Assembly: GCA_963693365.1 (NCBI GenBank)
Contig: CAVNZM010000026.1
Span: 1 to 61,809, forward strand
DNA length: 61,809 bases
From: Amoebidium appalachense
Lineage: Eukaryota > Protista > Ichthyosporea
Reading direction: 5' to 3'
Shown: piece by piece, positions 33,787 to 44,290 of the stretch
Numbering within the stretch: the stretch's first letter is position 1
Layout of the letters: each line of letters begins with the position of its first letter
The notes under the pieces: model-generated
Databases searched by the model: none
Told to the model about the DNA's origin: nothing
What the model saw: only the letters and a program-made list of their open reading frames with translations
Position numbers and translations under genes: made by a program

Positions 33787-35298
33787 TCACACACTTGCAT
33801 TCGGAGTTGTCGATGCTGCGATCCCGATGTCTTCCACAAGCCGCTCCCCATCCCTGCGCCTCGGCAGTCCTGCGGCTTCAAGCTCGGCATCGGTCAACAC
33901 GACCGTTTTCTTGGTTATTACCTCTCGTATTACCTGTCTGTACCGTGGGTCATCAAGATTCGGCTGCACCACATCTATCTCTCCTCCATGCATCTTAGCC
34001 CAGTAGAGTTCGGTCAGTTGCTTCCCGTACAGGGACAACACGGCCCCGATTTTGTAGACTGCCCGGAATCCTCTGTCCACCTTCTCAAGCTTTGTCGTTA
34101 TATGATTGCAGACCCGTTCCCCAATGGTGTTTCCATTGCCCGGTTGGGAACCCCAGTCGAAGCTTGACGTGCGCAGGAGTATGTAGACCATCAACCAGGA
34201 GGCACATGCCGAGTCGTGTATTTCGTTTCTATCGACAAGCCCCTCATACAAAACCCTCCCAAAACTTGTCTGAAGGCTCTTACATACAGATTCGTGTTGG
34301 TAGGTGCGCAGAACTTTCGAGCTTCCAGTGTAACCGGCCCCCTCAAGGAACATACAGAGGGCGTCAGCGATTAGCCCTGCCGGGGCAGACATGTTAAAGC
34401 ACTCAACCACCTTGACTTGCGAATCGATAATGATAACAGAAGCATGCTCTGGGCTCGACACATGCATTATATAGTAGCGCTCACGCTCTTGGCTTTTCAG
34501 CCAGGAAGAGAGGTTCGACACAGATGCTTTCGAGCATCTGAAACCCCACTTTCCTGCTGACACCTTCCAAGTGGACATTTTACCATTGTCCGTCACAACA
34601 CCGAGTGCTGGTGTGGACTTGGGGACAGCATCACCATTATACTCTATTTTGAGGGATGTGCCAGGGGAAAAACGAACAGATTTTGGCAGATAGGTTTGCA
34701 GCAGTACGAAGGTGTTGTCCCGAGACATGACGCCACACCCTGCCACAGCCGGTGAGGCTTCAACGGAGCCAACCCCAATCAGCTCGGTCAGTGACTTCTG
34801 AAGATCAACGAGGCCGTTGTACCAGTCAAATAGAAGTGGCCACGTTTTTTGTATGTCCTCCATCATGTCCGAGGGCGTAGGTCTTCCAGGGACAATAGCC
34901 TGTTTGTACTTTTCGGCCACGTAGGGAGCACACTTCACCACAATCGACCCGAAACGGTGCTTCCGCTGGTCCACGAGAAACCGGCTTTTTGAATCATACC
35001 TTACAGCAAACTTGTATTCCGTACCAGCTGTTTGACGCATACAAATAAACAACAATCTGTAGCCACCCAGCCCTGCTTCAAAAACCAGAGATGTAACACA
35101 GGTCAGACAGACTGGTTCGACATCATTTTGAGTGCTCCACAAGTTGATGGAGAGACAGACGTCCTCCATAGCCCACTTGTATGTCTGGGTGTTGCGGGGT
35201 TTCAGATGTGCGTCTTCCAACTTGAAATGTTGGGTATTGCGTTTGACAAACTTGAAGAAGCAGTGGGGCTTTACCGACAATGTCTGTGTTGAAGCCAT
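33787..35298 (-). CDS. Putative cysteine-protease-fold protein (Ulp1/C48-like, viral type)
   Basis: EHASVIIID..KVVECFN..LQ..ACASWLMVYILLR gives His..Gln..Cys order. Confidence 0.6.
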   Translation of the reverse strand: MASTQTLSVKPHCFFKFVKRNTQHFKLEDAHLKPRNTQTYKWAMEDVCLSINLWSTQNDVEPVCLTCVTSLVFEAGLGGYRLLFICMRQTAGTEYKFAVRYDSKSRFLVDQRKHRFGSIVVKCAPYVAEKYKQAIVPGRPTPSDMMEDIQKTWPLLFDWYNGLVDLQKSLTELIGVGSVEASPAVAGCGVMSRDNTFVLLQTYLPKSVRFSPGTSLKIEYNGDAVPKSTPALGVVTDNGKMSTWKVSAGKWGFRCSKASVSNLSSWLKSQERERYYIMHVSSPEHASVIIIDSQVKVVECFNMSAPAGLIADALCMFLEGAGYTGSSKVLRTYQHESVCKSLQTSFGRVLYEGLVDRNEIHDSACASWLMVYILLRTSSFDWGSQPGNGNTIGERVCNHITTKLEKVDRGFRAVYKIGAVLSLYGKQLTELYWAKMHGGEIDVVQPNLDDPRYRQVIREVITKKTVVLTDAELEAAGLPRRRDGERLVEDIGIAASTTPNASV

Positions 35299-35425
35299 CT
35301 ACACAACAGCCGAATTTTTCGACATATGGGTGGTTCCCTGGGACAGTTTCGGGTGGGTTCCTGCGCGGGGCTGGGGGGAGGGAGGGGGATTGCGTCCATT
35401 CTGTGACCGATATATGCAAAAGAGT

Positions 35426-35827
35426 TTATATCCCTGCTGCACCGATGCCAGCAGGCTTGACGCAGCAGAAGTCCGGCGCGCACGGCATCGACGTGGCCCT
35501 GCGCCGCTTGCACCGCAGCACCCCGCCGGTCTTGGGGTCCGGTCGGTAGAGGTTGCAGCCCACAAACTGGTTGCACGGCACGAGCGACGGATTCTGCGGC
35601 ACCACCGTGCGGCACAGCCACCCGCACCCCACCCCCGGCACCGGCACCTGCGAGCACACGGGCGCTGCGGCGGCCGTCTGCGCAACGAGCCGTGTGCATC
35701 TGGGCAGTACGGTGGGGGTGGGCGTCGGGGTGGTTGGCGCCGGCGTCGGGGGGGCCGTCACGTAGCTGGCGGCGGCGGCGGCGGCTTGTGCAAGTAGGGC
35801 AACGAGCACGTACATTACCGTGTGCAT
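35426..35827 (-). CDS. Secreted Cys-rich protein with Pro/Thr linker
   Basis: Signal peptide, PT stalk, ten cysteines. Confidence 0.65.
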   Translation of the reverse strand: MHTVMYVLVALLAQAAAAAASYVTAPPTPAPTTPTPTPTVLPRCTRLVAQTAAAAPVCSQVPVPGVGCGWLCRTVVPQNPSLVPCNQFVGCNLYRPDPKTGGVLRCKRRRATSMPCAPDFCCVKPAGIGAAGI

Positions 35828-35905
35828 GGATAATAGTTGTGGGGGCGGGGGGAGGGGGAAGGGGGAGATTCCTGGAAAACGAAACTTTGAAGGTATGTCG
35901 TGGGG

Positions 35906-37061
35906 CTACTGCGCTTGCTCCTGGCTGGCTTTCTTGAAGACGCTGATGACGAGGTCCCTTGTCAAGTCGTCCTCCATGTGCTCCCTCGCCATCTCCAGCA
36001 TGGCCACCGCAAAGGTCACAAAGTCCACACGGAACAGCTCGCGCTCAACGTTCTTGTGTTTAAGCGCGGTGTGCAGACACTTCTCTGCAAGCGCCAGCTG
36101 CTCGGACGGCACGGGAAGCGCAAAGAGCAGGCGCTTGTTGGGCCCCACATGCCACGTACCGGCCTGCTTCATGCGGCCCTTCACGTCCTTCAGGCTCTGG
36201 CCGATCTTCAGACAGGGGGGGTCGCCATACTCGGACACAAACACGTAGATACCGGACTGCTGCTTGGTGCACACGTGGTTGGTGACCCGGCGCAGCTCAT
36301 CACTGGCATCCTCGAATTCCGATGGAATGTGGTCCTGCTTGAGATTGTCTGTGGTCTGAAGTTCCAGAAGCCGACACTGCACCTCGAGTTTCAGGCGCTC
36401 CTCGCGAATCAGGGCGCGTTCCTCGCGCATCCTCACGATCTCTGTGTACTGGGAAGATTCTGCAATGCGCGCCTCCTTGTACAGACTCAGTACAGTTTCC
36501 ATCTCGGCCTGGTTGGTCATGAACTGGGTGATGTCTCCGAGCTTCAGTCTCTTGGGCTCCCTCTCGGGGGTGCCGGCCACACCCATTTCCCCCCTCACAC
36601 TGTCGCGCATGAAAGCGTTGGGTCCTGACGGGTTGGCCGCTGCCGTGGCACGGTTACGCTCGATGTCTTCGACCAAGGTCTCGTCCCCACCTTCCAGGCG
36701 CGCTATGTCTCGGGCCCACTTGTCAACGAGGGCAGATCCATAGCGGGAGCCGGATGCCATCTTGAAGGTCAGTTTCACCAACGATGAAGCAGGAACACCA
36801 GGAGGGGCTTTGTCCCCGAACCTCAAAGGCCTCATTTTGAGGCCTTTGATTTCCTCTTCATTCATAATTCGTCTGAGATACTCAGCGGCCGCATGTCTGT
36901 CCAAACCACGCACCAGCATTGTATAATCCACAAGACTGGCGTATCTTAACACCTTCGGATTCAGCAACTCGCACGACATAGTCACCAATGCAGATGGTGT
37001 CGCCTTTTTTTGCGGCGACCTCGTTTCCGGTCAATACAAGATCTGTGTGTTCGGAATTCAT
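35906..37061 (-). CDS. KilA/BRO-like protein fused to T5orf172 (GIY-YIG-like) domain; +1 frameshift near 36945
   Basis: RLEGGDETLVEDIE; GIYVF..LKIGQS..KGRMKQ..AEKCLH..RELF. ATG 37061 lies 46 nt below the TATA motif. Confidence 0.78.
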
Positions 37062-37144
37062 AGTTTGGGAAACTGAGGTGTTGTCATGTGTGTTGAGTCC
37101 TTTTATACTCTTGGCCTCGCTCACATGGTTAACTTCGTTGGACA

Positions 37145-37510
37145 TCAGGCGCTTGATATAATTGGTACAGATCCTTCGGAACTTGATGCGCGCGCTTGCC
37201 AGGGAGCAGGAAGATGATCTCGAGGATGAACTTGAAGGGAGCTACATTGTGTCAACTTGCCCCTTCCATCGATGCGGAGAACGTGGTGTCCCTCAGACAC
37301 CATCTTCTTGATGTTGGAGTCTGTGGAATTCCTAAGGTCTGCCCATGCACACTTCGCTGCATTGGTGGTGCCTAGTACCAGGGATGCTACGTCCAGCACA
37401 CTTGCCATCTTGGTATCTTGGTCAATGCGAACAGTAGCATCCTTGAACTGGGGGAACTCCCTCCACAGAAGCGACATGTCCACCTTTGAGTTGGTCTGTC
37501 CGGTAGCCAT
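37145..37510 (-). pseudogene. Truncated paralogue of 23239-24166
   Basis: DMSLLWREFPQFKDATVRIDQDTKMASVLD is nearly identical to the 24166 gene start; frameshifted and cut off. Confidence 0.75.
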
Positions 37511-38340
37511 CCTGTGTCAGACTGACCCCAGTTGGCTGTGTGTGCTCCTTTTATACCTGCGCGTGGCGCCCTCGGTCGTGCTGGGGGGGGGGTGGGTTGA
37601 AAGAACTTGAGGGATCCCCAAATCTCAAAAGCGTTTTATTTCTTCTTCGTACTGCGGCCCTGCGCGGGGCTGGGGGGGGCTGGGGGTGGCTGGGGGGGCT
37701 GGGGGTGCGCTTGTGCCTTGTGCGACTTGTGTGCCTTGTGTGCCTCGCGTGCACGTGGGCGCTTGGGTGCCGCGCGTGCCTCGCGTGCCTCGCGTGCCTC
37801 GCGCGTTGTGTGCATGGGGCGCGCTTGCATCCAGTGCAAAGTCCATTATTTGTTTACTTTATTACTCAGGCAGAACAACCCGGTTTGCCACGCGGTATGC
37901 TTGCAAGAGGTTGTCGATGGTGCCTGGTGGGGTAGGGCCGACCCCAGAATACAAAAGGTCCAACGTAAAAATTTTCAGTTTGAGTTCCGGTGCAAGGGAA
38001 GACCACTGCATCGTGCAATCAACATACACAGCGGTTTACAGGCGTGTCAGGAACGAGCAGACTGTGTACGAGCTGGCATGTCCGAGGATTTTGGTTTGGG
38101 ACCTGCTTGCTCTCCGACATTTCATTGGCTGCTGAAACTGTGCACTGGCATTGTATGACCGCGCCGCGATCTGATTGGACCATTAAGATGGGGCATCCAT
38201 CGACTGCTCATGGTGGCGCTCGCGGGCTCGCGGGCAGGTGCCCGTGTGCCGGTGTGCCCGTGTGCACGTGTGCCCGCGTGCCTCGCGCGCTGGGTGGGTG
38301 TGTGTGTCGTGTTCGCGTGTGCCTTATGTGACTTGTGTCC

Positions 38341-38818
38341 TGTCATCTTGACATCTTGGTGTATCCGGTTCTGGGCCTAGGTTTTCCATGTCATAATTGT
38401 GTGCACTGGATCTGGGTGATCGTGTAAGGGTCTGATTCGCTTATTGTCATCTTGACATCTTGGTGTATCCGGTTCTGGGCCTAGGTTTTCCATGTCATAA
38501 TTGTGTGCACTGGATCTGGGTGATCGTGTAAGGGTCTGATTCGCTTATTGTCATCTTGACATCTTGGTGTATCCGGTTCTGGGCCTAGGTTTTCCATGTC
38601 ATAAAGGTATGACTCGCTTATTCATCTTGATCACACCAATTCAAAGCATCATGCCAATGCCGGGCACAGCCTATGTTCGCATACGCGTTTCGACCCTTTC
38701 ACTTTTTTCCTAATCATTAACATTTATCATTCTAGCACACTGAATACATTCAATTCCATGCACATCTTGGTGTATTCGGTTCTTGGGCCTATTAGGTTTT
38801 CCATGTCATAGTTGTGTG
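38341..38818. repeat. 104-bp tandem repeat (2.5 copies plus a degenerate partial copy)
   Basis: Units start at 38341, 38445 and 38549; partial copy near 38762. Confidence 0.9.
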
Positions 38819-38980
38819 GACACAATGTCTTTGATGTAGCAACTCCTGGAAAAACACACATACGCTTCCAAAACAATCCAGAATACTATTCTGCCTGTTA
38901 GGGACACAGAAATCGCTGGTGTGATCCTGTTTGGGGAGGTCCTAGAGCTGGTTGTGTTTATTTATTTGGGGTCTGCAGAT

Positions 38981-39710
38981 ATGAACCGGCCGGTGGAAAA
39001 GAGGGTGCTGTCCAACCCCGAGGAACTGCAAGCCTTTGTCAACGACCCAACGTGGTTTCATCCCGCCGCGCTCGTTGCGGGTGGGGTCGAGACCCGAGCA
39101 CTGGGTGTAGTCCGCATCGTCTACCCAGAGCCGCCCGACTTTGCGGACGAATTCGGCACCATTCGCAGGGGCAGGAGGTCGGTGCTGACTGCCCCACTCA
39201 GGTTTGTGTGCAAGCACACGGACTTCTCCGATTCCTGGTATGACCCTCCGCGGGTGACGGCCGACGGCCGCGCAACGGGCTTCTGGGGGTTTGTTATTGA
39301 TGCGGGGGGTGACTGGGTTGATGACAAGCTGCTCATGGTGACGTACAGCGCTGCACTGAATGTCTTTCAGTGGATGGTGGTCTTTAACCATCCGCCGGAT
39401 TGGGTAGAAGTCATGCCCTACTACACAGAGACCCCCCACCTTGATCTTTGAGCGCCCGCTCCCCGGTGTCCCCACACTCGCACAGACAGTGTCCGTTGGG
39501 CTCATCCGAAACATGGCAGCCGAGCCCCATGTGCACAGCCGCTTCGGGATCCACAGAGGCTTATCGGCCGGGCTGGAGCAGTTGCTGTCCCATGAGGCCA
39601 TCCAGACCATGCTAGGCTTCGGCAACACGCTCTACGGGCTGCTCGGCATCACCCCCGAGGGGGCTGCGTACATGGGCACCACCGACTGGCCCATCGACTA
39701 CAGCGAGTGA
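38981..39710 (+). CDS. Hypothetical protein, probably one gene frameshifted at the C-run near 39435
   Basis: ORFs 38981-39451 and 39441-39710 overlap at a homopolymer. Confidence 0.5.
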
Positions 39711-40283
39711 GGCCCTGCGCGTGGGGGGCTGTGGGGGGCTGTGGGGGGCTGGGGGTGGGTGGGGGCGCGGGTGCCTTGTGAGCGCGTGAGCGCGTGTGCC
39801 TCGCGCGCGGATAAATTGGCTATTCACGCGCTTGTGCGCGCGCACGGGGCCTGGGGGCCTGGGGGCTGGGGGTTCGTGTGCCCCTTTTATACCTGCACAC
39901 CGCTTGACGTTGCCCATTGACAATCACACCTCGCACCGACCTGGTCAGTGCGGCGTGGGTGGCTGGGGGGGCTGGGGGGGCTGGGCGGGGCTGCCGTGGC
40001 TGGGGGTGCCTGGTGGCGCGGGTGCCTCGCATGCCTCGCGCGCAGAACGGTGTGTGTGTGTGTGTGTGTGTGCCCGTGTGCCTCGCCCGCCTCGCATGCC
40101 TCGCGTGCGCGTGGGTTCCGGCGGTTCCTTTATTGGTCCTTGTGTGCCCCCCACAGCCACCCCCAGCCACCCAGGGCCCCGGGGGGGAGGGGTGCTCACC
40201 CCTCGCATCCCCCCGCCTCGCGTGCCTCGCCCGCCTCGCGGGGTGGGGTGTGTGTGCGTTTGTGTGTTTCTTCTCGGACAACT

Positions 40284-40952
40284 CTAATTTGCCATGATCT
40301 TGCTATACACTATCTTGTGGGCACGGGTGTGTCTGCCAGGTTTCCCTATAGAGACACGCTCTCCTGCGGGAACAAACGACGACCCGCCCAAAACCCGTGT
40401 CAGCACCGTTCCCAGTCTCTTGATCCCCACCTCGCAATCGTCCAACATATTTATATCAGCCCATTGTCGCATGCAACCGGCCATCCCCGATGTCGTAACC
40501 CAGGTCCCATTCTCGATACCAAAGCTGTGTGTTCCGCGTGCGCCTGTCGCTATGTCCTTTAGAAAGTGTATTTCGTTCGACTCCTGTGCCCTCTCCGTTG
40601 GTTTTGTCCGGGTTGTGCAGATGTCCCCGTGACACCCCCAAATTAGCCGCAGAGTGTCGGGCTCCACCGTCACAAACACCCCAAGAGATTCTATGGTCTC
40701 AACGGCAACCCTATAAACCTCGATGGATGCGTAACCAAACAGGTGCACACGAGCCTGTCGACCAGGGTAGAAGCGTTGGTACGCCTGCACCTGTCCAAGC
40801 GCCGCCTTCCACTGCGCCACACGCTTGACCTCGATGACCTGCGTGTCCGTGAGCAGGTCGATTCGGCCGGCTGGCGTGACCACTTCGCACTTCCCCCCCT
40901 CAATCCTGGCTAACCGATCTCTGACCGACGCTTCATCATACGATGCCATCAT
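40284..40952 (-). CDS. PD-(D/E)XK nuclease fused to a helicase C-terminal-like domain
   Basis: EVVTPAGRIDLLT..IEVK..WKAALGQVQAY; tail MRQWAD..KRLGTVLTRVLG resembles the helicase C-terminus. Confidence 0.8.
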   Translation of the reverse strand: MMASYDEASVRDRLARIEGGKCEVVTPAGRIDLLTDTQVIEVKRVAQWKAALGQVQAYQRFYPGRQARVHLFGYASIEVYRVAVETIESLGVFVTVEPDTLRLIWGCHGDICTTRTKPTERAQESNEIHFLKDIATGARGTHSFGIENGTWVTTSGMAGCMRQWADINMLDDCEVGIKRLGTVLTRVLGGSSFVPAGERVSIGKPGRHTRAHKIVYSKIMAN

Positions 40953-41039
40953 AATAGGGTACCAAAAAAAAAACACGACTCATTTTTATATTATAAGCCA
41001 GTCCGGGTGTTATGAATCCGATATAACACCAATCACAAC

Positions 41040-41370
41040 AAAACCACCGACACACCACCAACCTACCCAAGTTACCACCAACCTACCAACAGTAATCGCG
41101 ATTTCGATTAGTAGAATTAGACCCAAACGTCGATTTCACTTATAAATAGTAGGTTGGGTAGGTTCAGTGGGTTGTTTTGGGGTTGAGTCGAGCTGGGGCA
41201 AAAACAAACGAACACCAACGATGTGTGTTTGGGGGGACCCCTCCGAGAACCTACCCAACCTACCGAAGTTACCAAAACCCCCAACAACCAATGAAATACG
41301 CCCGTTAAACCAAGAAACCAATCGGATGGCTTTGTTAAAACGTTTGCGCAAAACCCAAGCTACCACCAAG
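41040..41370. repeat. Iteron-like array with a 17-bp inverted repeat
   Basis: gtaggttgggtaggttc (41149-41165) and gaacctacccaacctac (41247-41263), plus further aacctacc/taccacc copies. Confidence 0.75.
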
Positions 41371-41633
41371 TGGCCGAAGTTACTGAAAGGAAGCTGGCGA
41401 TCACTTATGCGAAAGTATCTTCGAGAACGAAACTCGATAAGCACGCGATGTCTTTGACACTGCCCCCACTGCCACCGAGTTATCCCCGAAGCAGATTTGC
41501 AGTCCTCGGCACCATAGGCGATCGCATTCACCCTCGTACTCTTGACCTCCCCCAAAATGGCAGTGACGGCCATTCCAAAGTCTCGTTGTGTGGGTCTTCT
41601 GGACTTGTAGGTTGTGTTTCTCTCCCACCACAA

Positions 41634-43637
41634 CTATTTATATGCCTGTATCTGTTTGAAATCAATGGTATATGCATGTGCCCTGTTGCTGGATCCATGG
41701 CTTTGTCCAATAACTATTTGGCTGGGATTGACGAGTTTCCGGGGTCCCAGAACCTTGGTCAACATTGAACCCAGCCTGTTGACACTGACAACTCTCCGGC
41801 CATCGTAACCGTTGGCATCTGCCCATTGACGCATATGTTCTGCCAACCCCTGCGTTGTAGCATGGGCCCCATCTCCGATGCCAAGGTCAACTGCTGCATC
41901 ACCAGCATTTGCAACGTCGCGGAGAAACTGGAGCTCCAAGGGCAAGCTCTTCTCCATTAGCTCTCGCCGGAGGCTTGTGTCGGGAGGGACTTCAAGAGTG
42001 GACTTCACGCCTGGTAGATCAACCAAGTAGTGGAAAAGTGCTTGTAGGACATCTGCTCGCTTGTAATACTCGATGAATGCACTGTAGTACTCACGCTGCC
42101 CTATGCGCATTCCACTAGCCTCAAGGCACATGTAGCGTCGGTCACTCTGCTCAACTCGCACAGCCCAATCCTCGTTGGTCAAAAAGGCGTAGCGCTCGTA
42201 GGTGCGTGTGTGGACACCATCCACTCCCTTCTTCTCCAAGATGGCATCCTCTTGCGTGATGAGCGCTTTCAGTATGTTGTTGACTTCGTGACAGCCACCA
42301 AACGTACATTCATCGACAACCGCCAGAAGCTTGTGCATTAGATGTGCATTAAACTTGCTTGAAAGATGGTCTTTGTTTTTGATTGAGGCACTGTAATTCT
42401 CGCCAATTAAGCGTTGAACTACCTCAAACCACGTATTCTTACCAGCCCCTTGTGCAGACTTCACAAGGATCGCCGTGCCTGGTTTGGTAGCTGGGTACTG
42501 GAAGATATGAGCGGTCCAGCGTAACAGATACCAAAAAGCATCTTCGTTACCGTTTGCTAATATCTCATACGCATGGCGTACGAACATTTCAGCAGGATGT
42601 CCCGAATAGAGCCCATACTTTTCCAACAGCTCGTCAGTCATCAAAACCCCACTGCGATTCGGAAGGATGGGTGGTACGATACATCTGGGTCCGGTGTAGT
42701 TGAATGCCGAGTCGTACTTGAACCGAAGACCTCGAAAAATGTTAAAAACTCGGCGTTCACCATGTAGATAGGCTTCCTTGACGAGGTTTGTTTTGGGGCT
42801 GGGTGATTCTGGATCAAAGACAGCCAAAACATAAGTTGGGATCTCGCCATTCATGAAGTCGACCCCCGTGTACCTTTTCTCCGTGTCCCGGTCAATATAC
42901 TCCACACTAAACCGTTGAATCGAGTTTCGCATATCGTCCTTCGATAAAGTTCTGAGTTCATAGACCTGCCTCTCAGGGGACCATTGCTTCAGGATGTAGA
43001 GGCTTGTTCCGTTAACATATGCAGCCCATTTGCTCAGATAGGCGACCAGACCACTACGCCCCCAATCCGAACCAATGATGCGTGGTAGAAACGGCATGCG
43101 GTCGGGGGGCTCGCTGTCCTCTCTTTCCAACTCGTCAAAGATGGATCGCTCGGGTGTAAAGTCCATCATGGTTGTGTCACATGTCGGAGAGGACTTGGCT
43201 TTAGTGGGTTGTGTCTCTTTGCCGTAGATGGACGTGAAGGCGCCGGCGGTGTTCCAACGCATCACACCCCCAGAGTTCCAATCACGAATGGGGTTGACGA
43301 TAACACGGTTGGCCTTCGAAAATCTTTCGGACGCCCAGGCCGTCATGGCTGCTCGGTCAGGTCCAGGGGGCTGATGCCTTGCATTGCACTCCAAATGGGC
43401 AGTTTTGGTCCGCTTTGTCAAGCATGTGCGGATTTCACCATATGAGGTTCCAAATGTTGTTTGAATTGACTTGAAAAGATCGTCGTGGTCAAAAGGCTCG
43501 CCATCCACACGCATTTCTCGTTCACCAGTAGGGGCATAGACAGCAAGGTACCAATCCTGACAGCGCCGTCTCAGACTTGTTCCTTCCACAGCCTGCGGGG
43601 GAGGCTCGGCGCCTTCACAGCATACTGTTGGTTCCAT
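41634..43637 (-). CDS. D5-like superfamily 3 helicase (DUF5906-type)
   Basis: YLLRWTAHIFQYP..Walker A SAQGAGKNT, Walker B LAVVDE, LKALIT, FLTNE, SDRRY arginine finger. Confidence 0.92.
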   Translation of the reverse strand: MEPTVCCEGAEPPPQAVEGTSLRRRCQDWYLAVYAPTGEREMRVDGEPFDHDDLFKSIQTTFGTSYGEIRTCLTKRTKTAHLECNARHQPPGPDRAAMTAWASERFSKANRVIVNPIRDWNSGGVMRWNTAGAFTSIYGKETQPTKAKSSPTCDTTMMDFTPERSIFDELEREDSEPPDRMPFLPRIIGSDWGRSGLVAYLSKWAAYVNGTSLYILKQWSPERQVYELRTLSKDDMRNSIQRFSVEYIDRDTEKRYTGVDFMNGEIPTYVLAVFDPESPSPKTNLVKEAYLHGERRVFNIFRGLRFKYDSAFNYTGPRCIVPPILPNRSGVLMTDELLEKYGLYSGHPAEMFVRHAYEILANGNEDAFWYLLRWTAHIFQYPATKPGTAILVKSAQGAGKNTWFEVVQRLIGENYSASIKNKDHLSSKFNAHLMHKLLAVVDECTFGGCHEVNNILKALITQEDAILEKKGVDGVHTRTYERYAFLTNEDWAVRVEQSDRRYMCLEASGMRIGQREYYSAFIEYYKRADVLQALFHYLVDLPGVKSTLEVPPDTSLRRELMEKSLPLELQFLRDVANAGDAAVDLGIGDGAHATTQGLAEHMRQWADANGYDGRRVVSVNRLGSMLTKVLGPRKLVNPSQIVIGQSHGSSNRAHAYTIDFKQIQAYK

Positions 43638-43680
43638 TATCTATAGGATGAGAAAAAAAAAAAATCGGCAGGCAGTTGTA

Positions 43681-43925
43681 AGTGAACCACTTGAACCACC
43701 TGAACCACTGAACCAGGGGGGTAAATCACCCCCTCCAGAAATATACTCGAGGTTGGTGTTTGTGTCTGTTCTCTGCTGGATTACAAAAACAGTGGTTCAG
43801 AGTGGTTCAAGTGGTTCACTCTATTAGAATTGGGTCAAAATGTCAAGTTTTAATATAAGAAATCGGAAAACCGCGAACCACTGCGAACCACTGACCGGCA
43901 GTATGAAAAGATGTAGTGGTTCAGC
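43681..43925. repeat. Iteron-like GAACCAC inverted array
   Basis: 43681-43699 is the exact reverse complement of 43802-43820; more units near 43875-43892 and 43916. Confidence 0.8.
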
Positions 43926-44081
43926 CCCTCTTTTTGTTATTATCAGTTACAATGATCAGCAAGTGTGGATCCGACCAAGAGAGAGTAGTAGTACAGACTG
44001 GCACCTTTTGGATGTGTTGCTTCCTTTTATACCTTTGAGGTGGGGTGTGAAAGTTGAGATTTTTTCTTGTGGCCTACAGTG

Positions 44082-44225
44082 ATGGCCACCTACAACGAGG
44101 CGTTCGTCAGAGACAAATTGGCACGGATCGAGGCGAACCCCACATCGGAAAGAACAATGGCGTACCATTTCAACAAAAGCAAGGTCTTGGACTTTGATGC
44201 AAGTTGTCTGGTCGATGATCAATAA
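44082..44225 (+). pseudogene. N-terminal fragment of the PD-(D/E)XK nuclease family
   Basis: MATYNEAFVRDKLARIE matches the starts of the 40952 and 44291 genes. Confidence 0.65.
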
Positions 44226-44290
44226 ATGACCCACCGAAGGGGCGGGGGAGGGGCACGCGAGGCACGCGTTTTTTCTGCGCACTGTATAGG

